Below, one piece after another: positions 1 through 17,818 of a stretch of 64,000 nucleotides of DNA. This DNA comes from Eledone cirrhosa (taxonomy: Eukaryota), in contig OZ024742.1 in assembly GCA_964016885.1 (NCBI GenBank), positions 18,538,001 to 18,602,000 on the forward strand, written 5' to 3'. Position 1 is the stretch's first letter; each line of letters opens with the position of its first letter. The notes beneath the pieces are model-generated. The model ran no database searches. It worked only from the letters and a program-made list of their open reading frames with translations, and was not told the origin of the DNA. A program made the translations under genes and the position numbers.

Positions 1-3000
1 GTTATACCAACCTACAAGACACTCTATACTATATCAACCACTACAGATGTAATACCTACCTACAAGAAACTCTATACTATATCTGCCACTCCAGATGTAA
101 TATCTACCTATAAGAAACTCTATACTATATCTATCACTCCAGACATAATACCTACCTATAAAAAACTCTATTCTATATCTGCCATTCCACATGTAATACC
201 TACCTACAAGGAACCTTATACTATATCTGCCATTCCAGATGTAATACCTACCTACAAGAAACTCTGTACTATATCTGCCACTACAGATGTAAAACCTATC
301 TACAAGAAACTCTATACTATATCTACCACTCCAGACGTTATACCTACCTACAAGAAACTCTCGATACTATACCTACCACTCCAGATGTTATACCTACCTA
401 CAAGAAACTCTATACTATATCTGCCACTCCAGATGTTATACCTACCCACAAGAAACTCTATACTATATCTGCCTTCCAGATGTAATACCTACCTACAAGA
501 AACTCTATACTATATCTGCCACTCCAGATGTAATACCTAACTACAAGAAACTCAATACTATATGTGCCACTCCAGATGTAAAACCTACCTACAAGAAACT
601 CTATACTATATCTACCAATCCAAATGTAATACCTACCTACAAGAAACATTATACTATATCTGCCACTCCAGATGTAAAACCTACCTTCACGAAAATCTAT
701 ACTATATCTGCCACTCCAGATGTTATACCTACCCACAAGAAACTCTATACTATATCTGCCTTCCAGATGTAATACCTACCTACAAGAAACTCTATACTAT
801 ATCTGCCACTCCAGATGTAATACCTACCTACAAGAAACTCTATACTATATCTGCCACTCAAGATGTAAAACCTACCTACAAGAAACTCTATACTATATCT
901 GCCACTCCAGATGTAATACCTACCTACAAGAAACTTTATACTATATCTGCCATTCCAGATGTTATACCTACCTACAAAAACTGTCTATACTATATCTGCC
1001 ACTCCAGATGTAATACCTACCTACAAGAAACGTTATACTATATCAGCCATTCCAGATGTAATACCTATCTACAAGAAACTCTGTACTATATCTGCCACTA
1101 CAGATGTAATACCTATCTACAAGAAACTCTATACTGTATCTACCACTCCAGCTGATATACCAACCTACCATAAACTCTATACTATATCAACTACTTCAGA
1201 TGTAATACCTACCTACAAGAAACTCTATACTATATCTGCCACTCCAGATGTAATATCCACCTACCAGAAACTCTATACTATATCTATCACACCAGATGTA
1301 ATACCTACCTATAAGAAACTCTATTCTATATCTGCCATTCCACATGTAATACCTACCTACAAGAAACTCTATACTATATCTGCCACTCCAGATGTAATAC
1401 CTACCAACAAGAAACCTTATACTATATCTGCCATTCCAGATGTAATACCTACCTACAAGAAACTCTGTACTATATCTGCCACTACAGATGTAATACCTAT
1501 CTACAAGAAACTCTATACTATATCTACCACTCCAGATGTTATACCTACCTACAAGAAACTCTCGATACTATATCTACCACTCCAGATTTTATACCTACCT
1601 ACTTGAAGCTCTATACTATATCTGCCACACCAGATGTAATACCTACCTACAAGAAACTTTATACTATATCTACCACTCCAGATGTAATACCTATCTACCA
1701 GAAATTCTATACTATATCTGCCACTCCAGATGTTATACCAACCGACAAGAAACTGTATACTGTATCTGCCACTCCACATGTAATACCTACCTACAAGAAA
1801 CTCTATACTATATCTGCCACTCCAGATGTAATACCTACCTACAAGAAACTTTATACTATATCTGCCATTCCAGATGTAATACCTACTTACAATAAACTCT
1901 GTACTATATCTGCCACTCCAGATGTTATACCTACCTACAAGAAAATCTATACTATTTCTGCTTTCCACATGTAATACCTACCTAAAAGAAACTCTATACA
2001 ATATCTGCCACCCCAGATGTTATACCAACCGACAAGAAACTGTATACTGTATCTGCCACACCAGATGTAATACCTACCTACAAGAAACTCTATAATATAT
2101 CTGCCACTCCAGATGTAATACCTACCTACAAGAAACTCTATACTATAGCTGCCATTCCAGATGTAATAACTACTTACAAGAAACTACAGATATAATACCT
2201 ATCTACAAGAAACTCTCTATACTATATCTGCCACTCCAGATGTTATACCTACCTACAAGTAAATCTATATTATATCCGCCACTCCAGATGAAATACTACC
2301 TACAAGAAACTCCCTATACTATATCTGCCACTCCAGATGTAATACGTACCTACAAGAAACTTTATACTATATCAGCCATTCCAGGTGTAATGCCTATCTA
2401 TAAGAAACTCAGTACTATATCTGCCACTACGGATGAAATACCTATCTACAAGAAACTCTATACTATATCTACCATTCCAGATTTAATACCTACCTATAAA
2501 AAACTCTATACTATATCTATCACTCCAGATGTAATATCTACCTACCAGAAACTCTATACTATATCTGCCACTCCAGATGTAATACCTACCTTCAAGAAAC
2601 CTTATACTATATCTGCCATTCCAGATGTAATACCTACCTACAAGAAACTCTATACTCTATCTGCAACTCCAGATGTAATTATAAGAAACTCTATACTATA
2701 TCTGCCATTCCACATGTAATACCTACCCACAAGAAACACTCTACTATATCTGCCATTCCAGTTGTAATACCTACCTACAAGAAACTCTGTACTATATCTG
2801 CCACTACAAATGTAATACCTATCTACAAGAAACTCTATACTATATCTACCACTCCAGATGTTATACCTACCTACAAGGAACTCTATACTATATCTGCCAT
2901 TCCAGGTGTTATACCTACCTACAAAAACTCTCTATACTATATCTGCCACTCCAGATGTAATACCTACCTACAAGAAACTTTATACTATATCAGCCATTCC

Positions 3001-6000
3001 AGATGTAATACCTACCTACAAGAAACTCTGTACTATATCTGCCACTACAAATGTAATACCTATCTACAAGAAACTCTATACTATATCTACCACTCCAGAT
3101 GTAATACCTACCTACAAGAAACTCTATACTATATCTGCCACTCCTGATGTAATATCTAACTACAAGAAACTATATACTATATCTGCCACTCCAGATGTAA
3201 AACCTACCTACAAGAAACTCTATACTATATCTACCATTCCAAATGTAATACCTACCTACAAGAAACATTATACTATATCTGCCACTCCAGATGTAAAACC
3301 TACCTTCACGAAAATCTATACTATATCTGACACTCCAGATGTAATACCTACCTACAAGGAACCTTATACTATATCTGCCATTCCAGATGTAATACCTACC
3401 TACAAGAAACTCTGTACTATATCTGCCACTACAGATCTAAAACCTATCTACCAGAAACTCTATACTATATCTACCACTCCAGACGTTATACCTACCTACA
3501 AGAAACTCTCGATACTATACCTACCACTCCAGATGTTATACCTACCTACAAGAAACTCTATACTATATCTGCCACTCCAGATGTTATACCTACCCACAAG
3601 AAACTCTATACTATATCTGCCTTCCAGATGTAATACCTACCTACAAGAAACTCTATACTATATCTGCCACTCCAGATGTAATACCTAACTACAAGAAACT
3701 CTATACTATATGTGCCACTCCAGATGTAAAACCTACCTACAAGAAACTCTATACTATATCTACCAGTCCAAATGTAATACCTACCTACAAGAAACATTAT
3801 ACTATATCTGCCACTCCAGATGTAAAACCTACCTTCACGAAAATCTATACTATATCTGCCACTCCAGTCGTAATACCTACCTACAAGAAACTCTATACTA
3901 TATCTGCCACTCAAGATGTAAAACCTACCTACAAGAAACTCTATACTATATCTGCCACTCCAGATGTAATACCTACCTACAAGAAACTTTATACTATATC
4001 TGCCATTCCAGATGTTATACCTACCTACAAGAAAATCTATACTATTTCTGCTTTCCACATGTAATACCTACCTAAAAGAAACTCTATACAATATCTGCCA
4101 CTCCAGATGTTATACCAACCGACAAGAAACTGTATACTGTATCTGCCACACCAGATGTAATACCTACCTACAAGAAACTCTATACTATATCTGCCACTCC
4201 AGATGTAATACCTACCTACAAGAAACTCTATACTATAGCTGCCATTCCAGATGTAATAACTACTTACAAGAAACTACAGATATAATACCTATCTACAAGA
4301 AACTCTCTATACTATATCTGCCACTCCAGATGTTATACCTACCTACAAGTAAATCTATATTATATCCGCCACTCCAGATGAAATACTACCTACAAGAAAC
4401 TCCCTATACTATATCTGCCACTCCAGATGTAATACGTACCTACAAGAAACTTTATACTATATCAGCCATTCCAGGTGTAATGCCTATCTATAAGAAACTC
4501 AGTACTATATCTGCCACTACAGATGTAATACCTATCTACAAGAAACTCTATACTATATCTACCATTCCAGATTTAATACCCACCTATAAAAAACTCTATA
4601 CTATATCTATCACTCCAGATGTAATATCTACCTACCAGAAACTCTATACTATATCTGTCACTCCAGATGTAATACCTACCTTCAAGAAACCTTATACTAT
4701 ATCTGCCATTCTAGATGTAATACCTACCTACAAGAAACTCTATACTCTATCTGCAACTCCAGATGTAATTATAAGAAACTCTATACTATATCTGCCATTC
4801 CACATATAATACCTACCCACAAGAAACACTCTACTATATCTGCCATTCCAGTTGTAATACCTACCTACAAGAAACTCTGTACTATATCTGCCACTACAAA
4901 TGTAATACATATCTACAAGAAACTCTATACTATATCTACCACTCCAGATGTAATACCTACCTACAAGAAACTCTATACTATATCTGCCACTCCTGATGTA
5001 ATACCTAACTACAAGAAACTATATACTATATCTGCCACTCCAGATGTAAAACCTACATACAAGAAACTCTATACTATATCTACCATTCCAAATGTAATAC
5101 CTACCTACAAGGAACTCTATACTATATCTGCCATTCCAGGTGTTATACCTACCTACAAAAACTCTCTATACTATATCTGCCACTCCAGATGTAATACCTA
5201 CCTACAAGAAACTTTATACTATATCAGCCATTCCAGATGTAATACCTATCTACAAGAAACTCTATACTGTATCTACCACTCCAGATGTTATACCAACCTT
5301 CAAGAAACTATATACTATATCAACCACTCCAGATGTAATACCTACCTAAAAGAAACTCTATACTATATCTGCAACTCCAGATATAAAACCTAACTACAAG
5401 AAACTCTATACTATATCCGCCACTCCAGATGAAATACTACCTACAAGAAACTCCCTATACTATATCTGCCACTCCAGATGTAATACGTACCTACAAGAAA
5501 CTTTATACTATATCAGTCATTCCAGGTGTAATGCCTATCTATAAGAAACTCTGTACTATATCTGCCACTACAGATGTTATACCTACCCACAAGAAACTCT
5601 ATACTATATCTGCCATTCCAGATGTAATACCTACCTACAAGAAACTCTGTACTATATCTGCCACTACAAATGTAATACCTATCTACAAGAAACTCTATAC
5701 TATATCTACCACTCCAGATGTTATACCTACCTACAAGAAACTCTCGAGACTATACCTACCACTCCAGATGTTATACCTACCTACAAGAAACTCTATACTA
5801 TATCTGCCACTCCAGATGTTATACCTACCCACAAGAAACTCTATACTATAGCTGCCTTCCAGATGTAATACCTACCTACAAGAAACTCTATACTATATCC
5901 GCCACTCCTGATGTAATACCTAACTACAAGAAACTCTATACTATATCAGCCACTCCAGATGTAAAACCTACCTACAAGAAACCCTATACTATATCTACCA

Positions 6001-9000
6001 TTCCAAATGTAATACCTACCTACAAGAAACATTATACTATATCTGCCACTCCAGATGTAAAACCTACCTTCACGAAAATCTATACTATATCTGACACTCC
6101 AGATGTAATACCTACCTACAAGGAACCTTATACTATATCTGCCATTCCAGATGTAATACCTACCTACAAGAAACTCTGTACTATATCTGCCACTACAGAT
6201 CTAAAACCTATCTACCAGAAACTCTATACTATATCTACCACTCCAGACGTTATACCTACCTACAAGAAACTCTCGATACTATACCTACCACTCCAGATGT
6301 TATACCTACCTACAAGAAACTCTATACTATATCTGCCACTCCAGATGTTATACCTACCCACAAGAAACTCTATACTATATGTGCCACTCCAGATGTAAAA
6401 CCTACCTACAAGAAACTCTATACTATATCTACCAATCCAAATGTAATACCTACCTACAAGAAACATTATACTATATCTGCCACTCCAGATGTTATACCAA
6501 CCGACAAGAAACTGTATACTGTATCTGCCACACCAGATGTAATACCTACCTACAAGAAACTCTATACTATATCTGCCACTCCAGATGTAATACCTACCTA
6601 CAAGAAACTCTATACTATAGCTGCCATTCCAGATGTAATAACTACTTACAAGAAACTACAGATATAATACCTATCTACAAGAAACTCTCTATACTATATC
6701 TGCCACTCCAGATGTTACACCTACCTACAAGTAAATCTATATTATATCCGCCACTCCAGATGAAATACTACCTACAAGAAACTCCCTATACTATATCTGC
6801 CACTCCAGATGTAATACGTACCTACAAGAAACTTTATACTATATCAGCCATTCCAGGTGTAATGCCTATCTATAAGAAACTCAGTACTATATCTGCCACT
6901 ACAGATGTAATACCTATCTACAAGAAACTCTATACTATATCTACCATTCCAGATTTAATACCTACCTATAAAAAACTCTATACTATATCTATCACTCCAG
7001 ATGTAATATCTACCTACCAAAAACTCTATACTATATCTGTCACTCCAGATGTAATACCTACCTTCAAGAAACCTTATACTATATCTGCCATTCTAGATGT
7101 AATACCTACCTACAAGAAACTCTATACTCTATCTGCAACTCCAGATGTAATTATAAGAAACTCTATACTATATCTGCCATTCCACATATAATACCTACCC
7201 ACAAGAAACACTCTACTATATCTGCCATTCCAGTTGTAATACCTACCTACAAGAAACTCTGTACTATATCTGCCACTACAAATGTAATACCTATCTACAA
7301 GAAACTCTATACTATATCTACCACTCCAGATGTTATTCCTACCTACAAGGAACTCTATACTATATCTGCCATTCCAGGTGTTATACCTACCTACAAAAAC
7401 TCTCTATACTATATCTGCCACTCCAGATGTAATACCTACCTACAAGAAACTTTATACTATATCAGCCATTCTAGATGTAATACCTACCTACAAGAAACTC
7501 TGTACTATATCTGCCACTACAAATGTAATACCTATCTACAAGAAACTCTATACTATATCTACCACTCCAGATGTAATACCTACATACAAGAAACTCTATA
7601 CTATATCTGCCACTCCTGATGTAATACCTAACTACAAGAAACTATATACTATATCTGCCACTCCAGATGTAAAACCTACATACAAGAAACTCTATACTAT
7701 ATCTACCATTCCAAATGTAATACCTACCTACAAGGAACTCTATACTATATCTGCCATTCCAGGTGTTATACCTACCTACAAAAACTCTCTATACTATATC
7801 TGCCACTCCAGATGTAATACCTACCTACAAGAAACTTTATACTATATCAGCCATTCCAGATGTAATACCTATCTACAAGAAACTCTATACTGTATCTACC
7901 ACTCCAGATGTTATACCAACCTTCAAGAAACTCTATACTATATCAACCACTCCAGATGTAATACCTACCTAAAAGAAACTCTATACTATATCTGCAACTC
8001 CAGATATAAAACCTAACTACAAGAAACTCTATACTATATCCGCCACTCCAGATGAAATACTACCTACAAGAAACTCCCTATACTATATCTGCCACTCCAG
8101 ATGTAATACGTACCTACAAGAAACTTTATACTATATCAGTCATTCCAGGTGTAATGCCTATCTATAAGAAACTCTGTACTATATCTGCCACTACAGATGT
8201 TATACCTACCCACAAGAAACTCTATACTATATCTACCATACCAGATGTAATACCTACCTACAAGAAACTCTGTACTATATCTGCCACTACAAATGTAATA
8301 CCTATCTACAAGAAACTCTATACTATATCTACCACTCCAGATGTTATACCTACCTACAAGAAACTCTCGAGACTATACCTACCACTCCAGATGTTATACC
8401 TACCTACAAGAAACTCTATACTATATCTGCCACTCCAGATGTTATACCTACCCACAAGAAACTCTATACTATATCTGCCTTCCAGATGTAATACCTACCT
8501 ACAAGAAACTCTATACTATATCTGCCACTCCTGATGTAATACCTAACTACAAGATACTCTATACTATATCAGCCACTCCAGATGTAAAACCTACCTACAA
8601 GAAACTCTATACTATATCTACCATTCCAAATGTAATACCTACCTACAAGAAACATTATACTATATCTGCCACTCCAGATGTAAAACCTACCTTCACGAAA
8701 ATCTATACTATATCTGCCACTCCAGCTGTAATATCTACCTATAAGAAACTCTATACTATATCTATCACTCCAGACATAATACCTACCTATAAAAAACTCT
8801 ATTCTATATCTGCCATTCCACATGTAATACATACCCACAAGAAACTCTATACTATATCTGACACTCCAGATGTAATACCTACCTACAAGGAACCTTATAC
8901 TATATCTGCCATTCCAGATGTAATACCTACCTACAAGAAACTCTGTACTATATCTGCCACTACAGATCTAAAACCTATCTACAAGAAACTCTATACTATA

Positions 9001-10867
9001 TCTACCACTCCAGACGTTATACCTACCTACAAGAAACTCTCGATACTATACCTACCACTCCAGATGTTATACCTACCTACAAGCAACTCTATACTATATC
9101 TGCCACTCCAGATGTTATACCTACCCACAAGAAACTCTATACAATATCTGCCTTCCAGATGTAATACCTACCTACAAGAAACTCTATACTATATCTGCCA
9201 CTCCAGATGTAATACCTAACTACAAGAAACTCTATACTATATGTGCCACTCCAGATGTAAAACCTACCTACAAGAAACTCTATACTATATCTACCAATCC
9301 AAATGTAATACCTACCTACAAGAAACATTATACTATATCTGCCACTCCAGATGTAAAACCTACCTTCACGAAAATCTATACTATATCTGCCACTCCAGTC
9401 GTAATACCTACCTACAAGAAACTCTATACTATATCTGCCACTCAAGATGTAAAACCTACCTACAAGAAACTCTATACTATATCTGCCACTCCAGATGTAA
9501 TACCTACCTACAAGAAACTTTATACTATATCTGCCATTCCAGATGTTATACCTACCTACAAAAACTGTCTATACTATATCTGCCACTCCAGATGTAATAC
9601 CTACCTACAAGAAACTTTATACTATATCAGCCATTCCAGATGTAATACCTCGCTACAAGAAAATCTGTACTATATCTGCCACTACAGATGTAATACCTAT
9701 CTACAAGAAACTCTATACTGTATCTACCACTCCAGCTGTTATACCAACCTACCATAAACTCTATACTATATCAACTACTTCAGATGTAATACCTACGTAC
9801 AAGAAACTCTATACTATATCTGCCACTCCAGATGTAATATCTACCTATAAGAAACTCTATACTATATCTATCACTCCAGATGTAATACCTACCTATAAGA
9901 AACTCTATTCTATATCTGCCATTCCACATGTAATACCTACCTACAAGAAACTCTATACTATATCTGCCACTCCAGATGTAATACCTACCTACAAGAAACC
10001 TTATACTATATCTGCCATTCCAGATGTAATACCTACCTACAAGAAACTCTGTACTATATCTGCCACTACAGATGTAATACCTATCTACAAGAAACTCTAT
10101 ACTATATCTACCACTCCAGATGTTATACCTACCTACAAGAAACTCTCGATACTATATCTACCACTCCAGATTTTATACCTACCTACTTGAAGCTCTATAC
10201 TATATCTGCCACACCAGATGTAATACCTACCTACAAGAAACTTTATACTATATCTACCACTCCAGATGTAATACCTATCTACCAAAAATTCTATACTATA
10301 TCTGCCACTCCAGATGTCATACCAACCGACAAGAAACTGTATACTGTATCTGCCACTCCACATGTAATACCTACCTACAAGAAACTCTATACTATATCTT
10401 CCACTCCAGATGTAATACCTACCTACAAGAAACTTTATACTATATCTGCCATTCCAGATGTAATACCTACTTACAAGAAACTCTGTACTATATCTGCCAC
10501 TCCAGATGTTATACCTACCTACAAGAAAATCTATACTATATCTGCTTTCCACATGTAATACCAACCTAAAAGAAACTCTATACAATATTTGCCACTCCAG
10601 ATGTTATACCAAAAGACAAGAAACTGTATACTGTATCTGCCACACCAGATGTAATACCTACCTACAAGAAACTCTATACTATATCTGCCACTCCAGATGT
10701 AATACCTACCTACAAGAAACTCTATACTATATCTGCCATTCCAGATGTAATAACTACTTACAAGAAACTACAGATATAATACCTATCTACAAGAAACTCT
10801 CTATACTATATCTGCCACTCCAGATGTTATACATACCTACAGGTAAATCTATACTATATATCGGCCT

Positions 10868-13800
10868 TCCAGATGTAATACCTACCTAAAAGAAACTCTA
10901 TACTATATCTGCAACTCCAGATATAAAACCTAACTACAAGAAACTCTATACTAAATTCGCCACTCCAGATGAAATACTACCTACAAGAAACTCCTTATAC
11001 TATATCTGCCACTCCAGATGTAATACGTACCTACAAGAAACTTTATACTTTATCAGCCATTCCAGGTGTAATGCCTATCTATAAGAAACTCAGTACTATA
11101 TCTGCCACTACAGATGTAATACCTATCTACAAGAAACTCTATACTATATCTACCATTCCAGATTTAATACCTACCTATAAGAAACTCTATACTATATCTA
11201 TCACTCCAGATGTAATATCTACCTACCAGAAACTCTATACTATATCTGCCACTCCAGATGTAATACCTACCTTCAAGAAACCATATACTATATCTGCCAT
11301 TCCAGATGTAATACCTACCTACAAGAAACTCTATACTCTATCTGCCACTCCAGATGTAATTATAAGAAACTCTATACTATATCTGCCATTCAACATGTAA
11401 TACCTACCCACAAGAAACTCTATACTATATCTGCCATTCCAGATGTAATACCTACCTACAAGAAACTCTGTACTATATCTGCCACTACAAATGTAATACC
11501 TATCTACAAGAAACTCTATACTATATCTACCACTGCAGATGTTATACCTACCTACAAGGAACTCTATACTATATCTGCCATTCCAGGTGTTATACCTACC
11601 TACAAAAACTCTCTATACTATATCTGTCACTCCAGATGTAATACCTACCTACAAGAAACTTTATACTATATCAGCCATTCCAGATGTAATACCTACCTAC
11701 AAGAAACTCTGTACTATATCTGCCACTACAAATGTAATACCTATCTACAAGAAACTCTATACTATATCTACCACTCCAGATGTAATACCTACCTACAAGA
11801 AACTCTATACTATATCTGCCACTCCTGATGTAATACCTAACTACAAGAAACTCTATACTATATCTGCCACTCCAGATGGAAAACCTACATACAAGAAACT
11901 CTATACTATATCTACCATTCCAAATGTAATACCTACCTACAAGGAACTCTATACTATATCTGCCATTCCAGGTGTTATATCTACCTACAAAAACTCTCTA
12001 TACTATATCTGCCACTCCAGATGTAATACCTACCTACAAGAAACTTTATACTATATCAGCCATTCCAGATGTAATACCTATCTACAAGAAACTCTATACT
12101 GTATCTACCACTCCAGATGTTATACCAACCTACAAGAAACTCTATACTATATCAACCACTCCAGATGTAATACCTACCTAAAAGAAACTCTATACTATAT
12201 CTGCAACTCCAGATATAAAACCTAACTACAAGAAACTCTATACTATATCCGCCACTCCAGATGAAATACTACCTACAAGAAACTCCCTATACTATATCTG
12301 CCACTCCAGATGTAATACATACCTAGAAGAAACTTTATACTATATCAGCCATTCCAGGTGTAATGCCTATCTATAATAAACTCTGTACTATATCTGCCAC
12401 TACAGACGTTATACCTACCCACAAGAAAATCTATACTATATCTGCCATTCCAGATGTAATACCTACCTACAAGAAACTCTGTACTATATCTGCCACTACA
12501 AATGTAATACCTATCTACAAGAAACTCTATACTATATCTACCACTCCAGATGTTATACCTACCTACAAGAAACTCTCGAGACTATACCTACCACTCCAGA
12601 TGTTATACCTACCTACAAGAAACTCTATACTATATCTGCCACTCCAGATGTTATACCTACCCACAAGAAACTCTATACTATATCTGCCTTCCAGATGTAA
12701 TACCTACCTACAAGAAACTCTATACTATATCTGCCACTCCTGATGTAATACCTAACTACAAGAAACTCTATTCTATATCAGCCACTCCAGATGTAAAACC
12801 TACATACAAGAAACTCTACACTATATCTACCATTCCAAATGTAATACCTACCTACAAAAAACATTATACTATATCTGCCACTGCAGGTGTTATACCTACC
12901 TACAAAAACTCTCTATACTATATCTGCCTCTCCAGATGTAATACCTACCTACAAGAAACTTTATACTATATCAGCCACTCCAGATGTAAAACCTACCTAC
13001 AAGAAACTCTATACTATATCTGCCACTCCTGATGTAATACCTAACTACAAGAAACTCTATACGATATCAGCCACTCCAGATGTAAAACCTACCTTCACGA
13101 AAATCTATACTATATCTGCCACTCCAGATGTAATACCTACCTACAAGTAACTCTATACTATATCTGCCATTCCAGGTGTTATACCTACCTACAAAAACTC
13201 TCTATACTATATCTGCCACTCCAGATGTAATACCTACCTACAAGAAACTTTATACTATATCAGCCATTCCAGATGTAATACCTACCTACAAGAAACTCTA
13301 TCTGCCACTCCAGATGTAATTATAAGAAACTCTATACTATATCTGCCATTCCACATGTAATACCTACCCACAAGAAACACTATACTATATCTACCACTCC
13401 AGATGTTATACCTACCTACAAGAAACTCTCGAGACTATACCTACCACTCCAGATGTTATACCTACCTACAAGAAACTCTATACTATATCTGCCACTACTG
13501 ATGTTATACCTACCCACAAGAAACTCTATACTATATCGGCCTTCCAGATATAATACCTACCTACAAGAAACTCTATACTATATCTGCCACTCCTGATGTA
13601 ATACCTAACTACAAGAAACTCTATACTATATCTGCCACTCCAGATGTAAAACCTACCTACAAGAAACTCTATACTATATCTACCATTCCAAATGTAATAC
13701 CTACCTACAAGAAACATTATACTATATCTGCCACTCCAGATGTAAAACCTACCTTCACGAAAATCTATACTATATCTGCCACTCCAGGTGTTATACCTAC

Positions 13801-16800
13801 CTACAAAAACTCTCTATACTATATCTGCCACTCCAGATGTAATACCTACCTACAAGAAACTTTATACTATATCAGCCACTCCAGATGTAAAACCTACCTA
13901 CAAGAAACTCTATACTATATCTGCCACTCCTGATGTAATACCTAACTACAAGAAATTCTATACGATATCAGCCACTCCAGATGTAAAACCTACCTTCACG
14001 AAAATCTATACTATATCTGCCACTCCAGATGTAATACCTACCTACAAGTAACTCTATACTATATCTGCCATACCAGGTGTTATACCTACCTACAAAAACT
14101 CTCTATACTATATCTGCCACTCCAGATGTAATACCTACCTACAAGAATGTTTATACTATATCAGCCATTCCAGATGTAATACCTATCTACAAGAAACTCT
14201 ATACTGTATCTACCACTACAGATGTTATACCAACCTACAAGAAACTCTCTATACTATATCTGCCACTCCAGATGTTATACCTACCTACAGGAAACCCTAT
14301 ACTATATCTGCCATTCCAGATGTAATACCTATCTACAAGAAACTCTATACTATATCTATCACTCCAGATGTTATAAGTACCTACAAGAAACTCTATACTA
14401 CATCTCAGATTTAATTACCATTCCAGATTTAATACCTACCTACAAAAAACTCTCTATACTATATCTGCCACTCCAGATGTTATACCTACCTACAGGAAAC
14501 CCTATACTATATCTGCCATTCCAGATGTAATACCTATCTACAAGAAACTCTATACTATATATGCCACTCCAGATGTAGTACCTACCTACAAGCAACTCTA
14601 TACTATATATGCCACTCTTGATGTAATACCTACCTATAAGAAACTCTATGCTATATCTATCACTCCAGATGTAATATCTACCTACCAGAAACTCTATACT
14701 ATATCTGCGCACTCCAGATGTAATACCTACCTTCAAGAAACCTTATACTATATCTGCCATTCCAGATGTAATACCTACCTACAAGAAACTCTATACTCTA
14801 TCTGCCACTCCAGATGTAATTATAAGAAACTCTATACTATATCTGCCATTCCACATGTAATACCTACCCACAAGGAACTCTATACTATATCTACCACTCC
14901 AGATGTTATACCTACCTACAAGAAACTCTCGAGACTATACCTACCACTCCAGATGTAATACCTACCTAAAAGAAACTCTATACTATATCTGCAACTCCAG
15001 ATATAAAACCTAACTACAAGAAACTCTATACTAAATTCGCCACTCCAGATGAAATACTACCTACAAGAAACTCCTTATACTATATCTGCCACTCCAGATG
15101 TAATACGTACCTACAAGAAACTTTATACTATATCAGCCATTCCAGGTGTAATGCCTATCTATAAGAAACTCAGTACTATATCTGCCACTACAGATGTAAT
15201 ACCTATCTACAAGAAACTCTATACTATATCTACCATTCCAGATTTAATACCTACCTATAAGAAACTCTATACTATATCTATCACTCCAGATGTAATATCT
15301 ACCTACCAGAAACTCTATACTATATCTGCCACTCCAGATGTAATACCTACCTTCAAGAAACCATATACTATATCTGCCATTCCAGATGTAATACCTACCT
15401 ACAAGAAACTCTATACTCTATCTGCCACTCCAGATGTAATTATAAGAAACTCTATACTATATCTGCCATTCAACATGTAATACCTACCCACAAGAAACTC
15501 TATACTATATCTGCCATTCCAGATGTAATACCTACCTACAAGAAACTCTGTACTATATCTGCCACTACAAATGTAATACCTATCTACAAGAAACTCTATA
15601 CTATATCTACCACTGCAGATGTTATACCTACCTACAAGGAACTCTATACTATATCTGCCATTCCAGGTGTTATACCTACCTACAAAAACTCTCTATACTA
15701 TATCTGTCACTCCAGATGTAATACCTACCTACAAGAAACTTTATACTATATCAGCCATTCCAGATGTAATACCTACCTACAAGAAACTCTGTACTATATC
15801 TGCCACTACAAATGTAATACCTATCTACAAGAAACTCTATACTATATCTACCACTCCAGATGTAATACCTACCTACAAGAAACTCTATACTATATCTGCC
15901 ACTCCTGATGTAATACCTAACTACAAGAAACTCTATACTATATCTGCCACTCCAGATGGAAAACCTACATACAAGAAACTCTATACTATATCTACCATTC
16001 CAAATGTAATACCTACCTACAAGGAACTCTATACTATATCTGCCATTCCAGGTGTTATATCTACCTACAAAAACTCTCTATACTATATCTGCCACTCCAG
16101 ATGTAATACCTACCTACAAGAAACTTTATACTATATCAGCCATTCCAGATGTAATACCTATCTACAAGAAACTCTATACTGTATCTACCACTCCAGATGT
16201 TATACCAACCTACAAGAAACTCTATACTATATCAACCACTCCAGATGTAATACCTACCTAAAAGAAACTCTATACTATATCTGCAACTCCAGATATAAAA
16301 CCTAACTACAAGAAACTCTATACTATATCCGCCACTCCAGATGAAATACTACCTACAAGAAACTCCCTATACTATATCTGCCACTCCAGATGTAATACAT
16401 ACCTAGAAGAAACTTTATACTATATCAGCCATTCCAGGTGTAATGCCTATCTATAATAAACTCTGTACTATATCTGCCACTACAGACGTTATACCTACCC
16501 ACAAGAAAATCTATACTATATCTGCCATTCCAGATGTAATACCTACCTACAAGAAACTCTGTACTATATCTGCCACTACAAATGTAATACCTATCTACAA
16601 GAAACTCTATACTATATCTACCACTCCAGATGTTATACCTACCTACAAGAAACTCTCGAGACTATACCTACCACTCCAGATGTTATACCTACCTACAAGA
16701 AACTCTATACTATATCTGCCACTCCAGATGTTATACCTACCCACAAGAAACTCTATACTATATCTGCCTTCCAGATGTAATACCTACCTACAAGAAACTC

Positions 16801-17818
16801 TATACTATATCTGCCACTCCTGATGTAATACCTAACTACAAGAAACTCTATTCTATATCAGCCACTCCAGATGTAAAACCTACATACAAGAAACTCTACA
16901 CTATATCTACCATTCCAAATGTAATACCTACCTACAAAAAACATTATACTATATCTGCCACTGCAGGTGTTATACCTACCTACAAAAACTCTCTATACTA
17001 TATCTGCCTCTCCAGATGTAATACCTACCTACAAGAAACTTTATACTATATCAGCCACTCCAGATGTAAAACCTACCTACAAGAAACTCTATACTATATC
17101 TGCCACTCCTGATGTAATACCTAACTACAAGAAACTCTATACGATATCAGCCACTCCAGATGTAAAACCTACCTTCACGAAAATCTATACTATATCTGCC
17201 ACTCCAGATGTAATACCTACCTACAAGTAACTCTATACTATATCTGCCATTCCAGGTGTTATACCTACCTACAAAAACTCTCTATACTATATCTGCCACT
17301 CCAGATGTAATACCTACCTACAAGAAACTTTATACTATATCAGCCATTCCAGATGTAATACCTACCTACAAGAAACTCTATCTGCCACTCCAGATGTAAT
17401 TATAAGAAACTCTATACTATATCTGCCATTCCACATGTAATACCTACCCACAAGAAACACTATACTATATCTACCACTCCAGATGTTATACCTACCTACA
17501 AGAAACTCTCGAGACTATACCTACCACTCCAGATGTTATACCTACCTACAAGAAACTCTATACTATATCTGCCACTACTGATGTTATACCTACCCACAAG
17601 AAACTCTATACTATATCGGCCTTCCAGATATAATACCTACCTACAAGAAACTCTATACTATATCTGCCACTCCTGATGTAATACCTAACTACAAGAAACT
17701 CTATACTATATCTGCCACTCCAGATGTAAAACCTACCTACAAGAAACTCTATACTATATCTACCATTCCAAATGTAATACCTACCTACAAGAAACATTAT
17801 ACTATATCTGCCACTCCA
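10868..17818. repeat. Higher-order duplication in the satellite: 10868-13738 is near-identical to 14948-17818 (offset 4080)
   Basis: ORF-track peptides recur at +4080 (10969/15049, 11539/15619, 12550/16630, 13526/17606), and rare unit variants are shared in the same order. Confidence 0.9.
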